In this document: piece after piece, positions 38,417 to 48,588 of the stretch
Layout: every line of letters starts with the position of its first letter
Position numbering within the stretch: position 1 is the first letter of the stretch
From: Candidatus Methanomethylicia archaeon
GTDB lineage: Archaea; Thermoproteota; Methanomethylicia; Nezhaarchaeales; B40-G2
Length of the DNA stretch: 64,000 nt
Direction: 5' to 3'
NCBI GenBank assembly: GCA_029259155.1
Contig: JAPDJI010000014.1
Coordinates: 11,316-75,315 of the forward strand
The notes under the pieces: model-generated
What the model was told of the DNA's origin: nothing
What the model saw: the letters and a program-made list of their open reading frames with translations, nothing else
The model's database searches: none
Made by a program: the position numbers and the translations under genes

Positions 38417-40789
38417 ATGAAGCCTAGAGTGGCCTTCATAATAGGCTATGGAGCATCCCCCCTCCCCACGCTAAGGAAGGTCCTTGAAGAGGAAGCTAAG
38501 GCCTTGAGCTTCGAAGGAATAGCAGTAAGCAATGCTACCTGCGAGGCTGAGCTTGACTTTATAAGGAGCGCTGACGTCGTCTTCGTTTATTCCCATGAAT
38601 TGCCCCCGAGCGTTGTCGAAGCATTGGAGAACCATGGGGGGAAGATCGTAGCCTTATCCGGGCCATATGCCCATCTATCATCCATCCCTGGCGAGGTGCT
38701 TGCGAAGGCTAGCGCTTTCTACACGACCGGAGGGGAAGGTAATCTAAGAAAACTAGTCAGGCTTATGGTAAAGCTGGCTGGCGTAGATATCGAGGTGGGA
38801 GAAGTCGAAGACGTCCCCTGGCACGGGATATACCATCCACAGCTCGGAGTTTTCACCAAGTTGCAAGATTACCTAAACCTTTATCCTTACGCTAACCGTC
38901 CGCTCGTCGGGATTCTATTCCCCAAGAGCTACTGGCTTTACGGGCAGACTGAGCCCGTTTCAAAACTCATTGAGGTTCTCGAGCAGGAAGGTCTTGGAAC
39001 CATCCCAGTATTCACATATGGATATAGGTCTTCCTTCAACTGCTTGGGCTACACAAAGGAGGATTCGATACATGAGTTCTTCTTCATGGATGACAAACCA
39101 GTTATTGAGGCGCTCGTCAATCTCTACTTTTTCTTCCTACTCGACCATGGGCCTAACTCTGAGCAGCAGTTTAAGGAGGCGAGGGGTATTGAGCTACTGA
39201 AGCGCCTCGGCGTACCCATAATCCAAGTTGTTACTTCGTTTTACCGCTCAGTTGAGGAGTGGCTAAGGGATAAGCAAGGAGTCGACTACCTTACGCAGGT
39301 TTACTGTGTAATAATGCCTGAGGTCGACGGCCTCATCGAGCCGATCTATGCCGTGGGGTCTGTTGTGAACTCGCTCGGCGTCAAGGAACATCATTCCTAT
39401 AAAGAACACCTTCAATACATAGCGCGTCGCGTAAAGCATTGGGTGAAGCTTAAGCTCAAGAAGCCGGAGGAGCGTAAGATAGCAATAGTGCTAATAAACC
39501 CACCGTGCAAGGGCCTTGAGGCGAACGTAGCGGTTGGCCTTGGCCTTGACGTGCCGGAGAGCGTTGTCAAGCTTCTATGGGAGCTAAAGAGGCAAGGTTA
39601 CGACGTCGGCGACGAGCTACCAAAGTCCGGCGAGGAGCTGGTGAGGATGATCATGGAGAGAAAGGCTATCAGTGAGTTCAGGTGGACGAGCGTCGATGAA
39701 ATCGTGAAACTCGGTGGCGCAGTTGCTTTCGTCGATGCTGAGACCTACAGCGATTGGTTCAAGGAGTTATCACCGAAGGTTAAAGAAGAGATGGTCAAGG
39801 AGTGGGGGGATCCGCACGACGTACTTGCAGGCAGGGTTTCGAAGGAGCTTGTAGGGATGGTGTACGATGGCAAATTTGTCGTCCCAGGCCTCTTGTTCGG
39901 CAATGTGTTCATTACAACCCAGCCGAAGTTCGGCTGTGCAGGCCCAGTGTGCGACGGCAGGGTCTGTAGGATACTGCACAACCCCACGATACCTCCTCCG
40001 CACCAGTGGCTCGCCGTCTACCGGTGGATTACGAGGGTGTTCAGGGCTGACGTCGTGCTACACTTCGGGACTCACGGCTACTTAGAATTTAGACCTGGCA
40101 AAGGAGTGGGCCTATCACCTGAGTGTTGGCCTGAAATAACGATCGATGAAGTCCCACACCTGTATGTCTACGTCGTCTCTAACCCTATGGAAGGCGTAAT
40201 AGCGAAGCGCAGGAGCTACGCAGCGCTCGTAGACCACCTCTACCCGCCGATGACGATGGCCAACGTCCTAGACGAGCTCGACGATCTGCTCAACCAGTAC
40301 GCTAGGGCTAAGCAGCTAGGTGAGCATGCGCGGGCCAAGGTTCTCTACGAGAAGCTCCTCGAGGCCGCGAGGAAGCATAACATTTCAGTGGAGCGTCCTG
40401 AGGATGCTGAGAAGACCATTGAGGGGATACATAGATACGTCGACTTAATTAAGGGGAGCCAAGTTAACCTGGGCCTACACGTGTTTGGCAATCCTCCTAG
40501 GGATCCCCGTAGGCTCAGCGAGTATGTAGTGACGGCAATGAGCTACGACTCGCATTACTCTCCGTCAATCAAGCGTGTTCTTGCTGAGTACCTTGGCCTC
40601 GATTATGATGAGCTCAGGAAGGAGCCGATGAAGATCAATAGAAGATATGGTGCACCAAACCGTGAGGTGCTGGATAAGCTCCACTCCGTTGCAGTTAACG
40701 TTCTCGAGAAGCTCATTTCACTTGGCTCAAGCGAGCCTGATCTAGTAGTTAAGCTTGTTGAGGAGGAGGTGACGAAAACCCTTGGCTAA
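38417..40789 (+). CDS. cobN: CobN/BchH chelatase large subunit, N-terminal part
   Basis: PEVDG, LDVPES, HFGTHGYLEFRPGK, EGVIAKRR. Confidence 0.88.
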   Translation: MKPRVAFIIGYGASPLPTLRKVLEEEAKALSFEGIAVSNATCEAELDFIRSADVVFVYSHELPPSVVEALENHGGKIVALSGPYAHLSSIPGEVLAKASAFYTTGGEGNLRKLVRLMVKLAGVDIEVGEVEDVPWHGIYHPQLGVFTKLQDYLNLYPYANRPLVGILFPKSYWLYGQTEPVSKLIEVLEQEGLGTIPVFTYGYRSSFNCLGYTKEDSIHEFFFMDDKPVIEALVNLYFFFLLDHGPNSEQQFKEARGIELLKRLGVPIIQVVTSFYRSVEEWLRDKQGVDYLTQVYCVIMPEVDGLIEPIYAVGSVVNSLGVKEHHSYKEHLQYIARRVKHWVKLKLKKPEERKIAIVLINPPCKGLEANVAVGLGLDVPESVVKLLWELKRQGYDVGDELPKSGEELVRMIMERKAISEFRWTSVDEIVKLGGAVAFVDAETYSDWFKELSPKVKEEMVKEWGDPHDVLAGRVSKELVGMVYDGKFVVPGLLFGNVFITTQPKFGCAGPVCDGRVCRILHNPTIPPPHQWLAVYRWITRVFRADVVLHFGTHGYLEFRPGKGVGLSPECWPEITIDEVPHLYVYVVSNPMEGVIAKRRSYAALVDHLYPPMTMANVLDELDDLLNQYARAKQLGEHARAKVLYEKLLEAARKHNISVERPEDAEKTIEGIHRYVDLIKGSQVNLGLHVFGNPPRDPRRLSEYVVTAMSYDSHYSPSIKRVLAEYLGLDYDELRKEPMKINRRYGAPNREVLDKLHSVAVNVLEKLISLGSSEPDLVVKLVEEEVTKTLG

Positions 40790-42302
40790 GCTGGAGTTAA
40801 AGAGACGTGAAGTGGATGGGCTTGTCGCCGTCTTCGCTAAAGCCCTTGACGTAGCTCAGAGGATTGCGAGGTGCGAAGAGATACCAGCTCTCCTCGAAGG
40901 CTTCTCTGCCTCTTTCATAGAGCCTGGCGCCTCTGGCGCAATTACCCGAGGTAAGTTTGAGATCCTTCCGACTGGGAGGAACTTTTACGCCGTAGACCCG
41001 CGTATGCTTCCAACGCGGGCAGCATGGGAGGTCGGTGTTAAGACCGCCCATAAAATGCTTAATTACTATTTGGAAAAACATGGCAGGTACCCCGAGAGCG
41101 TGGGCCACGTCCTATGGAGCATTGACGCTTACAAGGCTGATGGAGAGCAGCTTGCCCAGATACTTTACCTCTTGGGCGTGAGGCCGGTGTGGGGACCTGA
41201 TGGGGCTGTGCAGGGCTTAGAGGTCATTCCTCTCGACGAGCTTAAGCGCCCTAGGATAGACTGCGTGACGCGTATCAGCGGCATAGTTCGCGATACGCTC
41301 CCAAACTATCCCTACCTGATAGATGACGCAGTTGAGAAGGTCGTTGTGCTTGACGAGCCGCTGGATCTGAACTTCGTCAGGAAGCACTACATCGAGTACG
41401 TGAGGGAGCTGCTCCGGCTGGGAAGAAGCGTCGAGGACGCTAGGGTAGCAGCTAGATACCGTGTCTTCTGCTCGCCTCCAGGGAGCTACGGCGCTGGTGT
41501 GAACTACGCAGTTGAGGCGTCAGCTTGGGAGGAAGATGAGGACTTAGCGAAGACTTGGGTTCAGTGGGCTGGCTACGCTTATGGCAAGTCCTCTCACGGC
41601 GCCAAGGCTCACGACGTACTCGTACTCACGCTCAAAGATGTTGACGCTGTGTCAAGGAGCCACCCGAGCGATGAACACGACCTCTTAGCCTGCTGCTGCT
41701 ACTTCGCCTACCATGGCGGCTTCTTCAACTCGGCCAAGGCGATTTCGGGGAAGGACATCGATGCCATACACGTTGATACCCGCGACCTCTCGAACTTAGA
41801 CGTTAGAGACGTGAAGGTTGAGATCGAGAGGGTGGTGCGCGCCAAACTCCTCAATCCCGCGTGGATCGAGGAAATGAAGAAGCACGGCTATAGAGGTGCC
41901 AACGAGTTCTCGAAGAAGATACTACACTTATACGGCTGGTCAGCGACCACTAAGCTAGTTGAGGATTGGGTCTTTGACGAAATAGCGAAAACCTATGCCC
42001 TTAATGAGGAGATGCGGAAGTGGTTCGAGGAACACAATGTCTGGTCTCTCGAGGAAATAGTTAGACGCTTGGTGGAGGCTGCGGAGCGCAATCTCTGGAG
42101 GCCACCCAACGAGCTACTTGAACAGCTGAGGGAGGTTTACGCTGAGCTAGAAGGAATACTCGAGGAGACTGCAGTCGGCGAAGGAGATAGGCAAGGAGGG
42201 TCAATCAACATCATCACGGCTGAAGCGGTCGACCACTGGAAGAATTCCATCTTGGAGGTGGAAGCTATATGGAGGAGAGTGAAGCAAGAAGCAGGAAGCT
42301 GA
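40782..42302 (+). CDS. cobN: CobN/BchH chelatase large subunit, C-terminal part
   Basis: LPTGRNFY, RPRID, RISGIVRD, YGAG, LLNPAWI..MKKHGYRGA; has its own GGAGGTGA RBS. Confidence 0.88.
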   Translation: MAKLELKRREVDGLVAVFAKALDVAQRIARCEEIPALLEGFSASFIEPGASGAITRGKFEILPTGRNFYAVDPRMLPTRAAWEVGVKTAHKMLNYYLEKHGRYPESVGHVLWSIDAYKADGEQLAQILYLLGVRPVWGPDGAVQGLEVIPLDELKRPRIDCVTRISGIVRDTLPNYPYLIDDAVEKVVVLDEPLDLNFVRKHYIEYVRELLRLGRSVEDARVAARYRVFCSPPGSYGAGVNYAVEASAWEEDEDLAKTWVQWAGYAYGKSSHGAKAHDVLVLTLKDVDAVSRSHPSDEHDLLACCCYFAYHGGFFNSAKAISGKDIDAIHVDTRDLSNLDVRDVKVEIERVVRAKLLNPAWIEEMKKHGYRGANEFSKKILHLYGWSATTKLVEDWVFDEIAKTYALNEEMRKWFEEHNVWSLEEIVRRLVEAAERNLWRPPNELLEQLREVYAELEGILEETAVGEGDRQGGSINIITAEAVDHWKNSILEVEAIWRRVKQEAGS

Positions 42303-44209
42303 TCTTTCCTTTCACAGCAATCATAGGCTTGGATAAAGCCAAGCTGGCTCTCCTATGCGCAGCCGTCAACCCCCTGATCGGTGGAGTACTGCTAAGGGGG
42401 GACAAGGGCACGGGTAAGTCGACGCTCGTTAGGGCTTTAGCCAACGTCCTCCCTGACATAGAGATTGTCGTGGGTTGCCCCTTCAACTGCAATCCACACG
42501 ACCCGCTGGAGATGTGCGATGTATGTCATGAAAAGTGGACCCACGGCGAAGAGCTCCCTATAGTTAGGCGACGCATGCGTGTCGTTGACCTCCCACTCAG
42601 CATAACGGTTGATAGGCTCGTCGGCACACTGAATATTGAGAGAGCCCTAAAGGAGGGTATAAGAGCTCTCCACCCAGGCCTCCTAGCTGAGGCTAATCAA
42701 AACATTCTATACATTGACGAGGTGAACCTCCTCGACGACTACGTTGCTGATGTGCTGCTTGACTGCGCAGCGATGGGCTGGAATATAGTGGAGCGTGAGG
42801 GGGTCTCCGTTAAACATCCATCGCGCTTCATCCTCGTCGGTAGCATGAACCCAGAGGAGGGAGAGCTGAGGCCTCAGATCCTTGACCGCTTCGGCCTCTC
42901 CGTCACTATAGAGGCTCCGATGGAGCCTGAGGCACGCTGCGAAATAGTAAGGCGCGTCGAAGAATTCCACGCAGACCCGCTAGAGTTTTACAGAAAGTTC
43001 GAGCAAGCGGAGGCAGAGCTACGTGAGAAGGTGGTAAAGGCTAGGAAACTGCTAAAGAAGGTCTCGATTAGCGATGACCTACTCAGCCTCTTGGCCAAGA
43101 CCATCGTCGAGCTCGGCATCAGGACGAGTCGAGCAGAGATCATTACGGTGAAGGCGGCGAAGGCGATAGCTGCGCTCGAGGGGCGGACGAGGGTAACTTT
43201 AGAGGACCTCGAGCGGGCCATGGGCTTGGCTCTTCCACATAGACTGAGGGCGAAGCCCTTCGAGACCCAGCCCCCTGAACTGCCACGGCTGGCACAGCAA
43301 AACAGCAGGGCTGAGGAGCAGAATTGTGAGCAGCACGGTGACCCTCATGACGTCCACAGCCAGTCTCTCAAATCACACAACTCTCCTCCCAATGACCGCA
43401 AGGTCGGTGAACAGGAACGGACCTACGAACCAGACCGCGAGGTTAAGGCTAAGAGCCTACCATGTGACCGTAAGTCTGAAGCTGGTCGACCCAAGCCAAG
43501 AGGAGCAAGAGATGTACGCCTGACAGTGATTGGCTATCCTCACGGCTATCCCGTCTCCTACGCCCCGCCGCGAGGCGAACCAACCGACGTGGACATAGTG
43601 GCAACTCTTGTCCTCGCGTCGCTGAGGGGTCTAAACATGCCCCTCGCTATAAAATCTGATGACTTGCGTGTGAAGGTTAGAAAGGTAAGAGCACCAACTC
43701 TCACAGTGTTCTTGTTAGACTCGAGCGGAAGCATGGCTGCTCTAAGGAGGATAAGCCTGGCGAAGGGGATAGCTTCCAGCCTCGTGGAGGAGGCTTACAT
43801 TAAGAGGAGCCCTGTATCCCTTGTCGTATTCCGAAACAAGGCGGCGGACGTCGTTGTGCCGCCGACGAGAAATTATCTCGAGCTGACTTCGGCGTTGGAG
43901 AACGTACCGACCGGAGGTCGTACACCTCTTTCGTCGGCTCTTCAAGCATTGCTCGACCTCTCTAGGCACGCGAGGGCTAAGTGTAAGAACCTTAAGGTCA
44001 AGGCAGTCCTGATCTCCGATGGAAAGGCCAATGTTTCGCTAGGCGGAGGCAGCGTGAAAGAGGAGCTGGTAAAGCTTGCGGCAGAGGTCAAGCGGAGTGG
44101 CATCGAATTAACCGTGTATGACACAAGGCCTTCAGGTGTAATCGATCCAGCCCCTTCATACATCGACTTACTGAAGGAAGCGGCTGGCGCCCATGTATTC
44201 GGAGTCTGA
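42269..44209 (+). CDS. ChlI/ChlD-type AAA+ ATPase fused to a vWA domain
   Basis: FPFTAI, GDKGTGKS, DEVNLL, NPEEGELR, LDRFG, vWA DSSGSM. Confidence 0.92.
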   Translation: MEESEARSRKLIFPFTAIIGLDKAKLALLCAAVNPLIGGVLLRGDKGTGKSTLVRALANVLPDIEIVVGCPFNCNPHDPLEMCDVCHEKWTHGEELPIVRRRMRVVDLPLSITVDRLVGTLNIERALKEGIRALHPGLLAEANQNILYIDEVNLLDDYVADVLLDCAAMGWNIVEREGVSVKHPSRFILVGSMNPEEGELRPQILDRFGLSVTIEAPMEPEARCEIVRRVEEFHADPLEFYRKFEQAEAELREKVVKARKLLKKVSISDDLLSLLAKTIVELGIRTSRAEIITVKAAKAIAALEGRTRVTLEDLERAMGLALPHRLRAKPFETQPPELPRLAQQNSRAEEQNCEQHGDPHDVHSQSLKSHNSPPNDRKVGEQERTYEPDREVKAKSLPCDRKSEAGRPKPRGARDVRLTVIGYPHGYPVSYAPPRGEPTDVDIVATLVLASLRGLNMPLAIKSDDLRVKVRKVRAPTLTVFLLDSSGSMAALRRISLAKGIASSLVEEAYIKRSPVSLVVFRNKAADVVVPPTRNYLELTSALENVPTGGRTPLSSALQALLDLSRHARAKCKNLKVKAVLISDGKANVSLGGGSVKEELVKLAAEVKRSGIELTVYDTRPSGVIDPAPSYIDLLKEAAGAHVFGV

Positions 44210-45170
44210 GCTACTCCTGCAGCTTGTCCTGTTCGCTGTTAGGTTGATCCCGCTGGTTTTCGTCGGTGCAGTATTTGCGAATCTCTGCGTAGAGCTGGGT
44301 GTAGCTGACCGTATTGCGCGATTTATTAACCCTCTACTTAGGGCAGCCGCCCTCCCTAAGGGGCTATCCATCCCTCTCATCATGGTGCCGCTGGAGCCGA
44401 GGGTAGGACACGCTATGATTTCATCTATGTTGGAGCGAGGCGAGATTGGGGAACGCGAAGTTATAGCTTCAAGTTTCTTGGTAACTCCTCTGGTCATTGC
44501 GATCTTTCTTGTGCCCAGGTATTACCTTCCAGTGGCTTTCCCAGCTCTCGGCGTGACAGTTGCGACCATCTATATCCTCTGCACCCTCCTCTGCTCTCTC
44601 GCCAAGATGGGAATAGCCATAGTCTATGGCCAACTAACTGCTCACGGTGGCAAAACACCTACAGCCATCGAGAAGCTGCACAGCAGCTCAGCCGAGGCAT
44701 CTAAGAGGAGCTCTCGACGTGACGTTTTTATCGTAGCCCTCAAGGAGGCAGCAGTGTTAACAAAAAAGGTGGCAGTGAGAACTCTTGCTGTAGTATTGTT
44801 CCTTGCCGTTGCAGGCTACGTAGGCCTGTTCCTGTGGCTTGAGAATGGCCTTAGTAGCGCCATTGGTTTTATCGGACTACCTGCCCACACGATAACTATT
44901 GCAGCGACTTACGCAGTCTCTCCTCTCGCTGGGATAGCCCTCGCCGGAGCGGTGCTTTCTCAAACTGAAGTTTCGTGTAGGGGGGCATTAGCGGGCCTCC
45001 TGCTTTGGAGCGCTCTCTTCAGACTTTCCTCCGAGTATCCACGACATTCCTTCCCGTTCTATGCGTCGGTTTACCCTGTGAAGGTAGCCTTCAAGTTAGT
45101 CGCGCTTTCGATTGCTATCGACCTACCGGTTCTATTGGCACTGACTGCTGCGGTTCTAATTTTCATGTAA
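44193..45170 (+). CDS. Membrane protein (Gate/nucleoside-recognition-like), possible metal or corrinoid transporter
   Basis: Two repeats of hydrophobic helices with P-L..(A/G)LP patterns; coupled to the chelatase genes. Confidence 0.6.
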   Translation: MYSESELLLQLVLFAVRLIPLVFVGAVFANLCVELGVADRIARFINPLLRAAALPKGLSIPLIMVPLEPRVGHAMISSMLERGEIGEREVIASSFLVTPLVIAIFLVPRYYLPVAFPALGVTVATIYILCTLLCSLAKMGIAIVYGQLTAHGGKTPTAIEKLHSSSAEASKRSSRRDVFIVALKEAAVLTKKVAVRTLAVVLFLAVAGYVGLFLWLENGLSSAIGFIGLPAHTITIAATYAVSPLAGIALAGAVLSQTEVSCRGALAGLLLWSALFRLSSEYPRHSFPFYASVYPVKVAFKLVALSIAIDLPVLLALTAAVLIFM

Positions 45171-45298
45171 TGCAAGTTTTTTCGTACTGCTGCCTCATTC
45201 AAGACTTGTTGCTTTATCATGTCACATCGGCACCGCCGATATGTTAGTTGCCGGCATCGCTATGAAGGCTTTCAGTGACTTGAGTTTCCTGCTAATCG

Positions 45299-45443
45299 CA
45301 TGGTTAAAAGAGCCTTATATTATAGGCTTAAGCTACCTTGTCCTGAAGCTAGTTTAAGGATGATGGTAGCTGAACTCTCTCTCAAGGAAGTATTGCCATA
45401 GCCTCAACCACTCGAGAGTTTTACCCATGACTGAAGGAGCTTC
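45299..45443 (+). repeat. 145-bp direct repeat, copy 2
   Basis: Identical to 38130-38274 (offset 7169). Confidence 0.95.
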
Positions 45444-46427
45444 CACGAAATCATCCTTAAACCTTAAGATAAGGCCTTCACGCAGTTTATCGATTACCTC
45501 GAAGAGCTTCTCTTCAAGCTGAGCTTCTACGTAGCGTTTCACTTCCTCTACATTTTTCCCTTGAACCTTCTCGATATGGTTTAGCAGCCTCTCAACCCTC
45601 CACCAAGCTGAAGGTCCTCGTGGACAAAGCCCATGCTTATTCATAAGCTTCCTTAAAATCTCGTCTCTTGCTGCTTGGAGCCTAAGCCTTCGTTCTACCC
45701 GGTCGTTTAACCCCAAGGTTGAAGCTACTTTTTGCTCTGCCCAGAGCGCTGGTGTCTCCATTAATATGTCTACTTCAAGGCTCATGGATCTAAGCGCTTC
45801 TATGTCATTGTCGTCTAGGAAGGGAAGCTGCATGGCCAACCTTAGGTCAAGGCATGCCCTCCTAACAAACTCTAAGTCAAGCTTTCCTGAGAGGAGGAAA
45901 GCCACATGTGCAAACTCATGTATTAAAGCCGGAAGCATCACCGGCGAAGTCCATTTTGAAGCCATGCCTTCAAAGTAGTATACGTACGGATTCACTGCTA
46001 CAACTGGTCTATGGAACTCGGCTATGTATTGGCCGCTGTAGTACCTGAGAAACATGGGAAGGGAGGAGAAGGCTCCGCCAGCGATGAAGTTCTGGTGTAC
46101 CATAAATAGGGGACCTTTAACCACCTTAAATACAGGTGGGCTATGCTTAACCTTAAAGAGTGTTGATATTAATCTCCAAGCCTTAGCCCTAACGGCCACT
46201 GTGTTCTCGACCTCCTCCATCATAGGTCCCTCGTACATTTCCTCTAAACGTTGACAAGGCAGCAGCAGCTGGATCTTCTCGCCGTCTACTTCAAGGCTTA
46301 AGCTTGGTAGAGGCATAGCTGAGAGCCATAGTATACAGAGAGCCTTAAGTCTCTTCTCTATGAGCCTCATTGGTAGCCTGCCGACCCGCCGCGTATTGCT
46401 TGATGAAGTTCCATGGGAAAAGTCCAT
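45354..46427 (-). CDS. Hypothetical protein with HExxH zincin motif
   Basis: LIHEFAH; true start uncertain. Confidence 0.6.
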   Translation of the reverse strand: MDFSHGTSSSNTRRVGRLPMRLIEKRLKALCILWLSAMPLPSLSLEVDGEKIQLLLPCQRLEEMYEGPMMEEVENTVAVRAKAWRLISTLFKVKHSPPVFKVVKGPLFMVHQNFIAGGAFSSLPMFLRYYSGQYIAEFHRPVVAVNPYVYYFEGMASKWTSPVMLPALIHEFAHVAFLLSGKLDLEFVRRACLDLRLAMQLPFLDDNDIEALRSMSLEVDILMETPALWAEQKVASTLGLNDRVERRLRLQAARDEILRKLMNKHGLCPRGPSAWWRVERLLNHIEKVQGKNVEEVKRYVEAQLEEKLFEVIDKLREGLILRFKDDFVEAPSVMGKTLEWLRLWQYFLEREFSYHHP

Positions 46428-46466
46428 GAGCGAGAATATTATATTCTGCCTCGCTTAGTTTACCGA

Positions 46467-46528
46467 GGGAGCGATGAGGAAGGCAGGTATTGATGAGGGG
46501 TGATGAGTGACACCAGAGCCGAGCTCCC
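46467..46528 (+). ncRNA. Box C/D guide sRNA
   Basis: Stem GGGAGC/GCTCCC; C ATGAGGA, 12-nt guide, D' ATGA, C' GTGATGA, 12-nt guide, D CCGA. Confidence 0.8.
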
Positions 46529-46537
46529 ACTTTTAAG

Positions 46538-47278
46538 ATGAAGGTGAGTTTTGTGGAGGAAGCAGTGAGCGTGGAGAGGTTGGTGAAGGCGTATGGAAGG
46601 GTCGTAGCTGTAGACAAGCTGACCTTTAAGGTAAATAGAGGCGAGGTCTTCGGCCTTATAGGCCCTAATGGCGCGGGGAAAACTACGACGCTTCGAGTCC
46701 TTGCGACCCTGATAAAACCTACGGCTGGCCAGGTAGAGATCTACGGTTTAGACGTGGTCCAAGAAGCGGGGAAGGTTAGGAAGCTTATAAGTTACTTGCC
46801 TGAAGAGGCAGGAGCCTACAATAATCTAACGGGGTTGGAGTTCCTTAGGTACATGGCTTCACTAAGCTTAATAGGAGACGTAGAAGAGGCGGTGTCTAGG
46901 GCAGCCGAGCTCTCAGGGCTGGAAAATAGGCTTAAAGATAAGATTAAGACGTACAGCAAGGGGATGAAGCGTAGGCTCCTTGTTGCCAGGGCGTTAATGG
47001 TTAGGCCTAAGCTGGCTATCCTTGACGAACCGACTAGCGGCTTAGATGTGGTGAGTGCGTCGCAGGTTAGGGATATGATCAAGCGCTACGTAGCGGAGAC
47101 GAAGACGGCAGCGGTGATATCCAGCCACAATATGTTGGAGGTGGAATACCTCTGCGACCGCGTCCTTATCATCAATGAAGGCAGATCTCTAGTGGAAGGT
47201 CCTCCTCAAGAACTTAAGGAGAGGTTCCAGGCTTCAAACCTTGAAGAAGTGTTCATGGCAGCGGTGAGAAAAGCTTGA
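46538..47278 (+). CDS. ABC transporter ATP-binding subunit (NatA-like)
   Basis: GPNGAGKTT, YSKGM, LDEPT. Confidence 0.93.
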   Translation: MKVSFVEEAVSVERLVKAYGRVVAVDKLTFKVNRGEVFGLIGPNGAGKTTTLRVLATLIKPTAGQVEIYGLDVVQEAGKVRKLISYLPEEAGAYNNLTGLEFLRYMASLSLIGDVEEAVSRAAELSGLENRLKDKIKTYSKGMKRRLLVARALMVRPKLAILDEPTSGLDVVSASQVRDMIKRYVAETKTAAVISSHNMLEVEYLCDRVLIINEGRSLVEGPPQELKERFQASNLEEVFMAAVRKA

Positions 47279-48588
47279 CGAGAATGTTTCTACAGATGGT
47301 CAAGAAAGAAATCATGGAAATTGTGAGGGATCCTAGGCTGCTTTTAGGCATGATCCTTGTGCCCATCATCCTGCTACCGGTGATGGGCTTAGCTATTAGA
47401 GGTGCCATCGAATCTACGGCAGAGCAGCGACAGACGATGGTAGCCTTGTTAAACCTCGATCAAGGACACCTCGCTGAAGAAGTGTTAGGCACCGAGGTTT
47501 TCAGTACTAAGCTGGCTGAGGCAGGGGTTACTTTAAGGGAAGTTGAGGCTTCTAACCTAGAGGAAGCATTAACAGTAGTGCTAAGCAACAGCAGCTATAG
47601 CTCTCTCCTCATCATACCTGAGGACTTTACCCAAAGTTTACTTAACCATAACAAGGCAGAGGTTAAAGCATACGTTACCATCAGGTCCATGAGCCCGACG
47701 AAGATAGCTCAAAGCTTAGCTGTCGAGATCGTTATGGAAGCCTTTGAGCAGAGCTTAACCGAACTACTACTTCATGAAGCAGGTGAGGTTGAGCCTGAAT
47801 TTTTAATGAACCCCTTAACCTCCAATCTATCCACGGTGTATAGGGGGAAGATACTGGAAGGCGTTAGACCTAGCGTCTTTATAGGAATGGTCACCTCTCA
47901 GCTATTTGCCCTAGTTTTTGCCATGGTGATCCTCCTAGTGTTGGCTTCTCAGCTAGTCGCCACTTCGGTAGCCTCGGAGAAGGAGCAGAAGACCTTAGAG
48001 ACGCTGCTTACACTACCTGTGTCCAGAACCACTATTATTGTGGGAAAGCTGGCTGGCGCTCTCCTAGTCTCCATTGTGGGCGCGATCGGATTTATGGTAG
48101 GCTTAAGCTTTTACATGTCCTCCGTCATGTATATGAGCTCGCCTCGAGGACTTGAAGCAGCCTACATAGCAGCTGCGTTAAGCATACCCATGGAAGGGTA
48201 CTTGCTCCTAGGAGGCTCATTAAGCTTATCGCTTATTGCATCCCTCTCCGTTGTAGTGGTGTTAGCAGCCTTCGCTGAGGATGTCAGGTCGGCTCAAAGC
48301 TTGTTAAGCTTCGTGTTTATACCTGTATTCATAGTCGCCTTCATAGCCTCCTTCGCGGCGATGGAGAGTGGAGCAAACCTCTTAACCTGGGGCATGCTTG
48401 CCATACCGTTTACTAATCCCGTGATCTCTATCATCTTCATCCTCAACGGGGAGTACCTACCAGTGACCATTAGCCTAGCTGTGCTATTGGTTGAGACCCT
48501 CGCGCTCATCTACTTGGCTACAAAGTTTTATTCCTCGGAGAAAGTGTTACTGGTCAGGTTAAGGTTAAAGCGGAGGAAGGAAGGTTGA
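47275..48588 (+). CDS. ABC-2 permease (NatB-like)
   Basis: EKEQKTLETLLTLP, GK; multiple TM helices. Confidence 0.9.
   Translation: MTRMFLQMVKKEIMEIVRDPRLLLGMILVPIILLPVMGLAIRGAIESTAEQRQTMVALLNLDQGHLAEEVLGTEVFSTKLAEAGVTLREVEASNLEEALTVVLSNSSYSSLLIIPEDFTQSLLNHNKAEVKAYVTIRSMSPTKIAQSLAVEIVMEAFEQSLTELLLHEAGEVEPEFLMNPLTSNLSTVYRGKILEGVRPSVFIGMVTSQLFALVFAMVILLVLASQLVATSVASEKEQKTLETLLTLPVSRTTIIVGKLAGALLVSIVGAIGFMVGLSFYMSSVMYMSSPRGLEAAYIAAALSIPMEGYLLLGGSLSLSLIASLSVVVVLAAFAEDVRSAQSLLSFVFIPVFIVAFIASFAAMESGANLLTWGMLAIPFTNPVISIIFILNGEYLPVTISLAVLLVETLALIYLATKFYSSEKVLLVRLRLKRRKEG

Larger units (their letters stand above)
38275..45298. mobile_element. Probable inserted 7.0-kb island (chelatase cassette)
   Basis: Bounded by the 145-bp direct repeat; looks richer in CG-containing words than the flanks; no integrase or transposase inside. 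Confidence 0.7.
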
